A stretch of DNA of 63,937 nt, filler included, from Dugesia japonica (GCA_001938525.1; 6 parts of 6 records of this genome joined end to end with filler, not necessarily neighbours in it); one strand, 5' to 3'; shown: positions 52,271 to 63,877, counted from the first letter of the whole stretch. Numbers and translations are program-made. Notes: generated by a model from the sequence alone, not told the origin.

Positions 52271-52686
52271 ATGAAGTAAGTGTTTTGTTTATATTAATGA
52301 TTTTTATTTTAATAGTACTATTCAGATTGATCAGATTGCAAAAAGTGGCTTGGATCAGCTTCTTTATGTGTTTATGCGTTAGATAAACTTCCAAAATATA
52401 TTCCAGTAAACAATGCTTTAATTATCAATACTCATACATCAAATCTAGGTGGAGAACATTGGATAGCTGTTTACAATAAACCTGCTCAAATACTAGTATT
52501 CGATCCATTAGCATTTTATCATCCATCAATATTGGTATCTCACTTATCGAAAATACCAAAACCAATAGTCTACAATAAAATCCGATATCAAGATCCATTT
52601 AAAACTACATGTGGTCAACACTATTTATTATAGTTGGAAAAAACAACATTATACTTGACAATATTTATTTTTTCTTGTAAAAAATA
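52271..52686 (+). pseudogene. Polinton adenain-like cysteine protease (with putative 40-nt intron at 52276-52315)
   Basis: ATGAA|gtaagt...aatag|TACT gives MNTIQIDQI; then VYALDKLP, IINT...GEHWIAV (His), FDP (Asp) and QD...TCGQH (Gln/Cys). Confidence 0.85.
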
Positions 52687-53327
52687 AATGTTCTTTATTG
52701 AAATGAAATCTTTGTTATTTATTAANTATTTGTAAGTAATATGCTAATAATACATGTTTTTTTATTATTTTGACACGTATTATCAAAAAAAATTAGTTTA
52801 AAATACTGCAACGTAATATGTCTGCAATATTTTAAATAAATTTGACATTTTAAAATACACACATACTCTAATTTGATTGGTTNNNNNNNNNNNNNNNNNN
52901 NNNNNNNNNNNNNNNNNNNNNNNNNNNNNNNNNNNNNNNNNNNNNNNNNNNNNNNNNNNNNNNNNNNNNNNNNNNNNNNNNNNNNNNNNNNNNNNNNNNN
53001 NNNNNNNNNNNNNNNNNNNNNNNNNNNNNNNNNNNNNNNNNNNNNNNNNNNNNNNNNNNNNNNNNNNNNNNNNNNNNNNNNNNNNNNNNNNNNNNNNNNN
53101 NNNNNNNNNNNNNNNNNNNNNNNNNNNNNNNNNNNNNNNNNNNNNNNNNNNNNNNNNNNNNNNNNNNNNNNNNNNNNNNNNNNNNNNNNNNNNNNNNNNN
53201 NNNNNNNNNNNNTATTATGAAGAACAAATATGTCATGCTATGTTATGAAGAAGAAATGCTCTATATTATCAAGAAATGTTCTATGTTATGAAGAAGAAAT
53301 GCTCTATGCTTTTTTCATTTTTCTGAG

Positions 53328-53520
53328 AAAATTGCATCACCAATAAGATTTATTTTGGAAAATTGCAACGTTAATGAGATTTTTTAATAAATATTGCATC
53401 GTCAATGAGATTTTATATTTAAAATTGCAACACTAATGGAACTTTTATTAAAACTTACATCGGTAATGAGATTATTTTTATAAAATTGCATCACTAACAT
53501 GATTGTTAATTAAAGATTAC
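53328..53520. repeat. 31-bp minisatellite, about 6 copies
   Basis: Unit AAAATTGCA(T/A)C..(C/T)AATGAGATTT... Confidence 0.75.
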
Positions 53521-53642
53521 CGCTTTTAAAATGAAAAATAACATAGCTAATAAATTTTTTTAAGAAGAAAAATGTTAAAATCATTATATTATTAATATTA
53601 AATTATTTCAGAACATTGCAAATTATACAATCATAGCGTAAT

Positions 53643-54068
53643 GTGAGTCATATTGGTGACTGTCATAGTATCATGGAAGGATACTATGGTCAACGGTTTT
53701 ATGGAAAAAATTATTTTGTGTGTCTTAATTGTAAAGTATTAGGCTTAGGTGACTACTCAAGTTTTTATCTGACACATAAGAAACACTTGTCTTGTTTTAG
53801 TAAAAGTAAAAAGAATATATTGAAATCATTATTAGATAGGCAGATGGATAGTGTGTTTTATGAAGCACCAGTAAATAAGAGAATTAAGATGGATGAAATA
53901 ACATTTAAGGATGAACCGGTTGAAATAATTGTTATTGAAGATGATGTTGAAGAAATAATAATCAAGGATGAACCAGTTGAAGTAATTGTTATTAAAGATG
54001 ATGTTGAAGAAATAATAATCAAGGATAAACCAGTTGAAATAATTGTTATTGAAGATGATGTTGAAGAA
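53643..54068 (+). CDS. Unknown Cys/His-containing protein with NLS and 19-aa acidic tandem repeats (truncated at contig end)
   Basis: VCLNC...HKKH..C, PVNKRIK, three 57-bp repeats KDEPVEIIVIEDDVEEIII; acceptor-like tttcag at about 53611. Confidence 0.55.
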
Positions 54069-54168
54069 NNNNNNNNNNNNNNNNNNNNNNNNNNNNNNNN
54101 NNNNNNNNNNNNTTAATTAATTAANNNNNNNNNNNNNNNNNNNNNNNNNNNNNNNNNNNNNNNNNNNN
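54069..54168. other. Artificial contig-join spacer
   Basis: N44-TTAATTAATTAA-N44. Confidence 0.97.
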
Positions 54169-55544
54169 ATATTTTCGTTTCTTCTAATTTTGTTTCTTTT
54201 TATTAACATATACTAAAATATCATATTTATATAAGTTATATCGTTTTGATTTATCATTATTTTAAAAAGAATTCCACAGATTTCTAGTCTGTTAAAAATT
54301 CACTTAGAATATATAAACTACTGTATTGCAACAGTGGAATGCCATGGGTTTTCGGCTGCAGATTTTCTATGATTTTTGGTAAATTCATAGAGATACAACG
54401 ATATGAGTAAAAAATATTGAAACAGATTACTAAACAGTTCAGAGGTGGTAGAACACATTTTAACAGGATTCCAATCTCTGGAAGACCATCGTTGTTGCCA
54501 TCTATGAGAACATTGCATTGGTGAAAGAAATTGTTGAATAATACACAGTTGAAGAATATGCGATGTTATCGAGTGTTATTGAAACTATACTTGATATCAG
54601 TGAATTCATTTTTTTATTTCGTGTAAACACTGTTAATAATACCGTTGATATAATACACCCTATATGAAATTAAATATAATTGACCTTTTGAATCTGGTAT
54701 TACAGATTTACAAATTATATAAATTAATAAAACTGAAATTATACTTGTAAATAGTTGTTGGAAGAATATCTAATAAAATTGTTAGCAGATTTGATATAAG
54801 ATGAAATTTTAAGGTGGGGTTCTAATAAAGAAAATCAATAAAGAATCTCAGAAAATATCTAAGTTCGATTTCTAATATTAAACCGATTTACTAATAGAAA
54901 TGTTAAAAGCAATACATATGACAATCATATTTTTACAAGTTAGCGATTTAGAACTTCTGAATAATCACAAAACTGCATAATTGATCCTTATCAACCACAA
55001 CAAATATCATGTCTGCAAGATTTAATAAACAGAAAATATTAATTTTTAACAATTTCTAAATATATAATAAACAATTTTAAAAAATAGTGTGCACGAAAAC
55101 AATTCCACAAGCAGTATGTATTACGGATAAAATTCAATTGACCTAGAGACAAAAGTACTATTAAAATTAAGTAAGTTTCACAATCAACGATTTTTTAATC
55201 CATCGAAATTCTTTAATAGATATGATGTAATTTATGTGTCCAAAACTCTTTCTCTGGGTGATTTAACGATTTGAGCAATAATAAATTAAATTATATTTAT
55301 CGAAGTCATTTAAAAAAACTCATAAATAATTCAAAATAAATCAAATTTTGATCTGGTTGAGTATTTAATTTTTCTAACTAATTGAAATTAATGATAAATT
55401 GCTCATTTAAATTCAATCCGAATCTATCCATTTACCAATATTATGATAAAATTGATTAAAAAACATTTATCAATATTATAACTTTATAATATTATTTCTA
55501 AAATATAAATGATTTGCCATAGCAGTTTAAAAATTAAAGTGAGT

Positions 55545-57170
55545 AGGTAGATTGGTCAGCATGACCCCATCATTTTGATTGATCAATTCTGCTCCACCCA
55601 CCCTCCTCCCCCCAGATCGATAATTATTGATTTTGGTCTGATTTTTGATCTGATTGATTATTGATTATCGATTTTGAAGTGATTATTTATTTTAAAAGTG
55701 ATTATTGATTTTAAGGTGAATTTTGATTTTTAAAGTGGTTTTTGATGTGCAAGTTCATTTTAGAGTGCTCGGAGGAGGGGGGGAAGATCGGGGAGGGTTG
55801 GGCTATTAGGTGTTGGAATTGACCAATCAAAATAATGAGGTCATGCTGACCAATCCACCACGGATTTGTTTTAATTAAGTCTAATTGTAGGAATTTCAAA
55901 TTTTTTGTTTTAATTAACAAATAAATTAAGTGGGAAAATTATTTTTTCAAATTTCTTTTTTTTAAAAAATTTTTCTTTTCTTTTTGTGTCCTCTATCTTT
56001 TTAAATGTTTTTTTATTTTTTTATGGTTTCGATGATGTATTTCAATAGAGATTTTAAGTCTGTATCTAATGAAATAGATAAATTTTAACAAAAATGTTTT
56101 TGTTGGTTACAGTGACGCGTTTTCAGATTTCAGTTAATAGGTCCCAGTGTTGCGTTTTTTGTTGGATTTGGATGATTTTTGCTTTGATTGAAAGAGGAAC
56201 ATGGGGGGACAAGTGATGGTGAAAAGGTTTAGTAATTCATATGTGATGGTGCTTGTGTGTGTGTGTGTGTGTAAAAATGTGTTTTTTTAGCGACAGAATG
56301 GGTGATGGATAATAGTTTTTGTGTTTCGAAGGTATATTTGAGTTTGCTATCAAAATCGGTCTATAGGTTTTCAAAGGTAACTAATAGCATAAATTTTTAT
56401 GTGTTGCAAACATGACTTTCAAGTATATTTAATGGTTTTATTAGATTAAAAATATGAAATCAATCATTTATTAAATTATTTTATAAGTTAATAGTTTAAA
56501 TCAATAAATTATTAATTATTTTCATGCATTCCTTCAGTAGCAGTCTTGTTTTTCTTCCATACCAATACATTACCTCCTCCGCCATACAACAGCCCAACAG
56601 AACGAATCCATTAAGGTCAGATAGCACACGATCAAGTCCGTTCATAATTGAACTTATCGATCAGCTTGCGTAGTTTTAACTAGACACAGCTCGATTTACA
56701 GTATGTGCATCACCAGTAGCAGTGTTTCCATCTGATCACATCCGGACATGAGTTAAACACTACTACAAAATTTTAAAAAAATAACAATCAGTCATCATCG
56801 TCAATAATTGACTAGACTCAGATCCGCAAAATGGTAAGAAATTCTAACNNNNNNNNNNNNNNNNNNNNNNNNNNNNNNNNNNNNNNNNNNNNNNNNNTAT
56901 TAGTCATTTTTGGCACCTTTTCTGACCATATTAATGGAACCTTTAAATATCATCGACCATATAATTATGGAACCTTTACACATCAAAGACCATTTAATAA
57001 TGGAACCTTTAAAAATTATAGACCATTTAATAATGAGACAATATAAAAATGGAACATTTAAATATCATAGACCATAGACCATATAATAATAGAACCTTTA
57101 AATATCATTGACCATATAATTATGTAACCTTTAAATATCATAGACCATATAAAAAATGGAACCTTTGACC
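55545..57170 (-). repeat. Unclassified dispersed repeat X with terminal inverted repeat and 30-bp tandem array
   Basis: Homologous to 24470-26000; inverted arms at 55547-55590 and 55816-55860; ATGGAACCTTTAAATATCATAGACCATATA-type units at 56920-57170. Confidence 0.8.
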
Positions 57171-57589
57171 TAATTAAATTAAATTAATATTAAATTAACT
57201 TTTAAAAAAAATTCATTGAAAATTTAACATATAAAGAAAATAATAAACTCACCATTTTTATTTTCATAATAAACTCGTTATAATTAAAATTATGGTAATT
57301 TGAATTAAACATTCAATAAATATATTGATTCTTTAATTTCATTAACCATAATTGTATTTAAAAATTTTAATTTAATATCATAATTTTTAATATTATATAC
57401 AATTATGCTAACATGAAATTTATATAATATTAATTTAAAATTTTCATATTTTTCAGCTGCTGCAAGTATGGAATCCTTTAGAATCTCATCAAATTAACTA
57501 TTAAAAATAACCAACGATAAAATATATCTATCAAAAAACTTCAAANNNNNNNNNNNNNNNNNNNNNNNNNNNNNNNNNNNNNNNNNNNN

Positions 57590-58700
57590 NNNNNNAAAAT
57601 ACAACTATTAAAATATAACCAAAGAAGGGAGTCTGTGATATTTACATGATAAAATATAACTATCAAATAGCCTAATAGAGGGAAGTCTTTGTGATATTTA
57701 CGTGATAAAATTTATCTATCAAAAAATAACCAGAGTACAGTCTTTGTGATATTTATATGATAAAATATTCAAATTAAAACTTTTCTTTTCAAGATGATAA
57801 AAACATAAAACTATTTTCATAAAAAACATATGATCTAGGTAATTTTCTATAAAAAACATATTATTAGTGACAATTTTCTCTAAAAAACATNNNNNNNNNN
57901 NNNNNNNNNNNNNNNNNNNNNNNNNNNNNNNNNNNNNNNNNNNNNNNNNNNNNNNNNNNNNNNNNNNNNNNNNNNNNNNNNCATTAGCTGAGAACATTTC
58001 TGAGAACAATATGATAAAAACATAGAACTTCTTTTCATAAAAATCATAAATTCATGGAACCTTTCCATATATAACTAATAAGTCTATAAAAAAATTATAA
58101 GAAAATATTTTTATGACTGTATAGGATTAATGAGTATAGGGTTTTGAATATATTATTTACATAGCAACCATGTATTATTTACATAGTAACCCTGTATTAT
58201 AGGGTTTATGAGTATATTATTTGCATAGATACCTTGTATTATTTACATAACAACTGTGTAATATAATGCTTATGAGGGTAAGGTTTACATAGTTACCCTA
58301 TATTTCGGGGTTTATGAGTATATTATTTGCATAATTACCTTCTATTATTTACATAGCAACACTGCATTATAGGTTTTATGAGTATATTATTTACATATTA
58401 ACCGCGTAATATGAGGTCACCATGTAAAATGCATGCTCGCATCATGCACAATGCATGAAATATATATTCAAAATAACCAAAGAGGGGAGTCCATAAATAT
58501 TTACATGTTTTATTATAGAATATAATTAAAATTAACCAAAGAGCGGAGTTCATGGGTATTTACATGATAAAATAAATGAAATAAATATTCAAAATAACCA
58601 AAAAGGGGAGTCCATAGATTATATAGAATATATATTTAAAAATCATAAAAACATGGAACGTTTCTTTAATAAATGAAAAAAGTGTGGAACCTGTTTTATT
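57590..58700. repeat. Complex tandem/sub-repeat region
   Basis: Recurrent AAATAACCAAAGAGGGGAGTC and TATTATTTACATAGCAACC units. Confidence 0.65.
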
Positions 58701-59327
58701 AACAAGTTAATTTTAAGTAATTCTAAGGAATGTTTATAAAAACCTATAAGTAAATATTTTTTATCAAGTATATTTTAAGTATTTTCTTATTAAAAAGTAA
58801 CAAGTTTCATTAATAAAAAGCGACGACTATCATTTAAATTTATTAAATTTCTATAAGTATATGAATAATAAAATATAATATATTTAATTACTCGAACATT
58901 ATATATTAAGGCAAATTGATATTATATTTCAGATGTACTTGTATTGCATTTGTGTTGCAAATTTTTAAACAAGTTGAATAAATCTGAAGTAATGTTATCT
59001 ATATATCCTTACAATTTCAAATTTATTTAAGTACAAGTATATTAATATTACTTGTTTATTAATTACGATATATGGAAAGTTTATGGAAATATTATCAGTG
59101 AAGTAATAATTTTGATAATTAGTAATATTATTATTATTAAGAAAATAAAATATGATTTAGTAAAGACGAAGTATAATTATATTATAGTTACAAGAATAAA
59201 TTATATTATAGAAAAATGAAATAAAAGTGCATTTATAAGTGTATTTTAAAGTATTGTGATGTTAAAACAAAGAAATAATTGCAATTATTAATAATGGGAC
59301 CATCAGTATTATTATAAAGACGATCAA

Positions 59328-59398
59328 ATTATTATTATTATTATTATTATTANTATTATTATTATTATTAATATTATTATTATTATTAATATTATTAT
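59328..59398. repeat. (TTA)n microsatellite, left flank of solo LTR
   Basis: Read directly. Confidence 0.95.
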
Positions 59399-59637
59399 TG
59401 TTGGGGTCCCACCTGAGTTGAGTGAAAAAGAACGTGGCTGGGGAAAAACAGCCCTCATGGGACCCGTCCAAGAATTTACCCTGACGCCCCTAGGTCAGGT
59501 TTTCAGCATATGGTGGTTGACCTCTCTCTTAATGGGAGGTGCACGCCCACAAGCCTTTTATTCGGGTTCACTGTTTTCCCTTAACATACGCAAAAAATTC
59601 AAGTCAAAGATATTTAAAACGTTTATTAACATGATAT

Positions 59638-60020
59638 TCATAATTCCTCCAACACACCAGGGTCTAACCACTGGTCTGGATCGGTGGTCAAGAAGTTGAA
59701 CGCCACCATATCATCGTCGTCGTCCCACTGAATCCCAGCTGGATTACCAATCTGACGAAATAGGTCAGCGATATATTGTTTTAAAAAATCTATCTTTCTC
59801 AGCAATGATTGCTTGTTTTCTATTTCCAGGGCCTTGATTTGGGCCGCCAAATCGTTTTGTTTTCGAACTATGAAATCCAACTTTTTTATACGTTTGTCTC
59901 GCTGGGTAAGATGTCGAAGAAGGGCTCGGTCTGTTTTACGCTTTAAGTGGCGTTCTAGCAACAGCCAGCGCATGATACGATGACATCTTCGCAAACTAGT
60001 AGGAAACACGATACGAGGCA
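59638..60020 (-). CDS. Long-LTR ORF-D exon (127 aa with spliced AUG, intact)
   Basis: TACTAAC branch-like motif, ctttctttag|TG CCT CGT; basic N-terminus, coiled coil, WDDDDD...FNF...QWLD tail; AATAAA 10 nt after the stop. Confidence 0.7.
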
Positions 60021-60132
60021 CTAAAGAAAGTTATAATTAAGTTAGTAAATTCAAAGTTTAAAAACGGAGACAACAAAAATTTATAAATGAAGAACATTTA
60101 TTAAAGTTAATCAAATTATAAACAGAGATGAT

Positions 60133-60491
60133 TCAGGAGCGGTTAGTCTGCGTGCCTTTGTCGATAAAGAGAGGAGTCAAAGGAGTAGCGGCCCTTAGCT
60201 TCAAGATATTTTCCAATAGCTGGTTCTCACGTTCCTGATAAGATATGATGATTTCCGTAAGAGTTTAAACCTGTGTTTTCCACACCCTCTCCTGATTCTG
60301 GGTAGCTTCTACTTCAGATTTATAAGCTAGACACCTCCGCTTATATCGTTTAACATTAGCTTCTGCTGCTGCAGACTCGGCTTCCCACCGTCTTTTGGCG
60401 AGTCGATACAGATCTTACGTGAGTTCTATATCCTCACTGGTTTCCCGTAGCTTTTTATTCGGGGCCTGAGATCTATTCAATGATGAATACA
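60133..60491 (-). pseudogene. Long-LTR ORF-C exon (coiled coil, ends DKGTQTNRS)
   Basis: tattttcag|TG TAT TCA; YSSLNRSQAPNKKLRETSEDIELT*DLYRLAKRRWEAE...PLFIDKGTQTNRS; two internal stops, frame kept; AATAAA downstream. Confidence 0.7.
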
Positions 60492-60754
60492 CTGAAAATA
60501 CAAACGTAATAAAGAATGACAGAAACTTAGCAGAATTATAATTTTATTCAATGGGGACAGACTGGTGTACTAAGGACAAAACCAACACTGAGGGGTATGT
60601 CCTATTTATTCTACGTAACAACCTTACGTTGGAATATTATCGTTTTCTAAACATGAAGACTGTGAAATCCGACCCATCTTGTTATTAAAATAGAAATTTA
60701 TTCGACTTAACATACAAAGTTATATCATAATTCAACAGTAAGTAAGAGAACTAT

Positions 60755-61167
60755 TTATTCAATTTCTACATGGGAACAAGGTTTATTAGTTTTCATTATT
60801 AGTGTTGACACTGGGTCCGTGTTTTCAACATAAGTTACTCCAGTTGGCTCCCTAACCCCCCAGAGGAGATTAGATATAAAAGCCTGCACAGCAGGAGCTG
60901 GGGCGGGAGGGGGAGTCTGATATTGGAAAGAGGTTGCCAACGTTCGATCAGGACCTGTCCACGTTTGATAACGTTGACGCTCTCTAAAGTCCCAGATGCG
61001 AGCCACAATTGATTCTACTGGAGGCAAATTTGACAGCAAAGATCTGTCACATCCGGGTGTTCAATTCTCCCTTTGGTCAAGAGGTGTGCGATCAATTGTT
61101 TTAATCGAGCAGTTTGTCGTTGTCGCCTTATTCATCGAAGGGTACGACTCAACTCGGCTGGCATGAA
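60755..61167 (-). pseudogene. ORF-A/ORF-B deletion fusion
   Basis: MPAELSRTLR*IRRQRQTARLKQLIAHLLTKGRIEHPDVTDL (A) joined out of frame to NLPPVESIVARIWDFRERQRY...AFISNLLWGVREP (B). Confidence 0.65.
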
Positions 61168-62886
61168 CTAAATAAAAGAAACTAATTTTAAATCATCCCT
61201 TGATTTAGTCCTTTAAAAAAGAGCGGAACCATTATTACAGCCGGATAGCATTACTAAAGGACCCCGACGTCAGTCCTCTGAATGGGTTCAATTTAAACTC
61301 ATCAGTCATTGTTAGGAAACTTAACCCTGTTCGTAAACCTCGTAATAAAGATTGTAGTGATAAACATGATAACTTTTGATCCTACGAATGATGACATGTT
61401 CTGTGGTGATGATAATAATAACCATAACAGTACGGTGAACCATAATAGTAAAGAGGGTATCACTCATAAGGTGAATAATAGCGGGAATAGTGTTAAACAT
61501 AACAGTCACTTTAGTTATCAGGTTGCTGATAATCGAGGTAGCAACAATACTATTATCCCTGACATCCATGGTAGTATCACTAATATTAACAACACTAGTA
61601 CGGATCACAAGAATAATAATAATGATAATAATCCTAATAATGGTGATAATAATAATGACAAGGAAGATACCAATAACCCTAGCCATAATGATAACCATAG
61701 TATGAATAATACTGGTACGATTAACAGTAATAATGATAATGATAACAATGATATTAATACTAATCATAATAATAATAGTAATGATAATAATAATAATAGT
61801 AGGAATAAAGTTAATCCTAAAAATCATAAAATTTGTATTTAAAGTTCCGCGTGTTGTGGTTGCCTAGTGATTTTTTCTTCGTTAAGTGTCACTATCTCGA
61901 TCCTCTCGATGATAGTGTGTCAGACTCTTAGTATAAGCTCAGTGCATGCGTGTATACATGGAACCCAGAGTTGAGTGGCAGATGTTATATTCATGTATAT
62001 TTAGTTAACTCTTATACACACATACTATCCTACGGGAATTGCAAATATCGATCTGACACTCTTATGGATTCTAGTGGAATTAGTGACACTTAAAATGGTT
62101 TGTAAAGTACACACAACCTGGTAGTCATTTCTGTCTATCCATGTATTTCGGCATGGTGTTTATGCAATTTTTTTGGATTAAAAGATACGAATTTGGGAAT
62201 AAAAAATAAAACAATACCTTTTATTTGTCATCGTCATGGATTATCTACAACCTATTTCACCAGGTAAAATTTTGGTTCTATCGTCTATAATTTACCAATC
62301 TTTTTTTACTCAAGAATTTAATCAATTCTCGGCTTCAACAACTTTTCCATGTTTCAGCTATTCATCATCAAATCGCTGTTACACGTGGAATTCTAACTGA
62401 TCGGCGATTATTGTAGGTAGTCTAATAATAACTTAATATTGAAACATTTAGAATTATATGCATTTGTAACTAATTGAGGTGAGTCGTAATTTGGGATTTT
62501 CCTTTTTTTGTAAATAAAAAGTTTGAATTTTATTGCTGGTTTAATTTGAATATTGTTAATACGAATTTTGCGTGTCAAATATAACGGAATTTAAGTTTAT
62601 GATTTTTTATACGTTAATCTTATTTATTATGACGAGTGGTAAAACCAATTTACTTTCCAGTTTTTTCTTCTAAGGTTATCAACAGAGAACTAGTTTAAAT
62701 ATATATTTTTTTGTCAATATAATCGCAAGGTATCGGCAACATATCTGTCGTGGTCATTATATTTATCCGAAACGAATAATAACATAAGGTTTTTTTATAT
62801 AGCTTAATGTATTATGATAAATAACATTCAACAATTCTTTTATAACACAACTTTAGCAAAATCAAAATTAATATTTTACTTTTTAA

Positions 62887-62893
62887 TATTACT
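62887..62893 (-). promoter_or_regulatory. Putative leader-exon splice donor A|GTAATA
   Basis: Follows CGTTGCAGAAT as in the 46 kb copy (A|GTAAGC); 41 kb copy has A|GTAAGT. Confidence 0.5.
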
Positions 62894-63877
62894 GTGGAAT
62901 TCTGCAACGAGTTATTTTCTGACACGGGAGTAGACTTCAGGAAAACTGGCTAATGACTTCTGTTGAAAATCCTTCTTCTAGAGTAGTTGAACTAATTTCT
63001 TCTTTAATTCTAACAAAGATTCCGATTAATTAACTTAGCAGTTATCTCGATCTTACCACTTTAAATTTTAAAATTTGAATATCCGATCCTGCTTGGAAAG
63101 TTTCTAATGCGATTTCCTTTTTTCCGTTACCAAGTTATTACACGAAAATCAGTCAGTCACAGTGTTGTATAAAGAAAATTTATTTTTTAAGAAGTTATTT
63201 CACCAAAGTTTGTTGCTGCTTATATATGTCTTTAGTTGCATCCCGACCGTATTCCTGTTGGTTGGTTATTTTTAATTTGAATTATTTGAATTTTATCGGA
63301 TCTGGTGCCAATCTTCTGAGAATTCGGGAGTTCTGATCGGTGGATATTTTTAGACTGGCACCTGATAGTTGTGACTTTGTTTTATTTTATTTTTTAGATT
63401 TCTTATTGGTCCGATCTTGAAGACCCTGCAGCAACCTTCTGGATGGTGGAAAGGTTTTCTTCCTAATAAATCCTAATGCTTCTTGTTACTTTCTTTCCGG
63501 ATTTTCTTACCCGGATCCTTTCTGACTTTCCTGGCCGGAGTTATTCATATAAAATAGATTTCCCACTAATTTTACTTCTTTTTTTTTAAAATTAATTAAT
63601 ATTTTTCTGTTAATTAGGCATTTTTTCGTACTGGTCTTCTTGAGTTTTTATTATGGGTTTCTCAATTCTTTTATTTTCCGATGCTCCCGTAAGTTGTCTT
63701 TATGTCCACCGGTTCGTTGTATCCAGCTTTGATTGTGTTTTATAACTCTTTAAGGATTATTTTCGTTATAACCTTCCTAAATTAGACTTGCTTTCTTCTT
63801 TGAATTCCATTACGAGTAAATTTGCTGGTTCTAGGTTCTGAGTCTTATTTTCTTTCCTTACGTGTGTTTCACCCCAA

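Larger units (their letters stand above)
48587..52686 (+). mobile_element. Polinton/Maverick core gene cluster (decayed)
   Basis: Contiguous, tightly packed INT - minor capsid - lytic/core - major capsid - protease on one strand. Confidence 0.92.

Noticed and set aside
52868-53248. Long ORFs dominated by X (also 18115 and 44108)
   Set aside because: Artefacts of N gaps.
53328-53520. Regular 30-31 bp repeats (also 56920-57170) as CRISPR-like arrays
   Set aside because: Head-to-tail degenerate units without unique spacers, no cas genes, eukaryotic context.
54300-55300. Coding-like decayed sequence (also 14021-15050 and 34308-34470)
   Set aside because: Many stops and no recognisable family motif; cannot be supported without a search.
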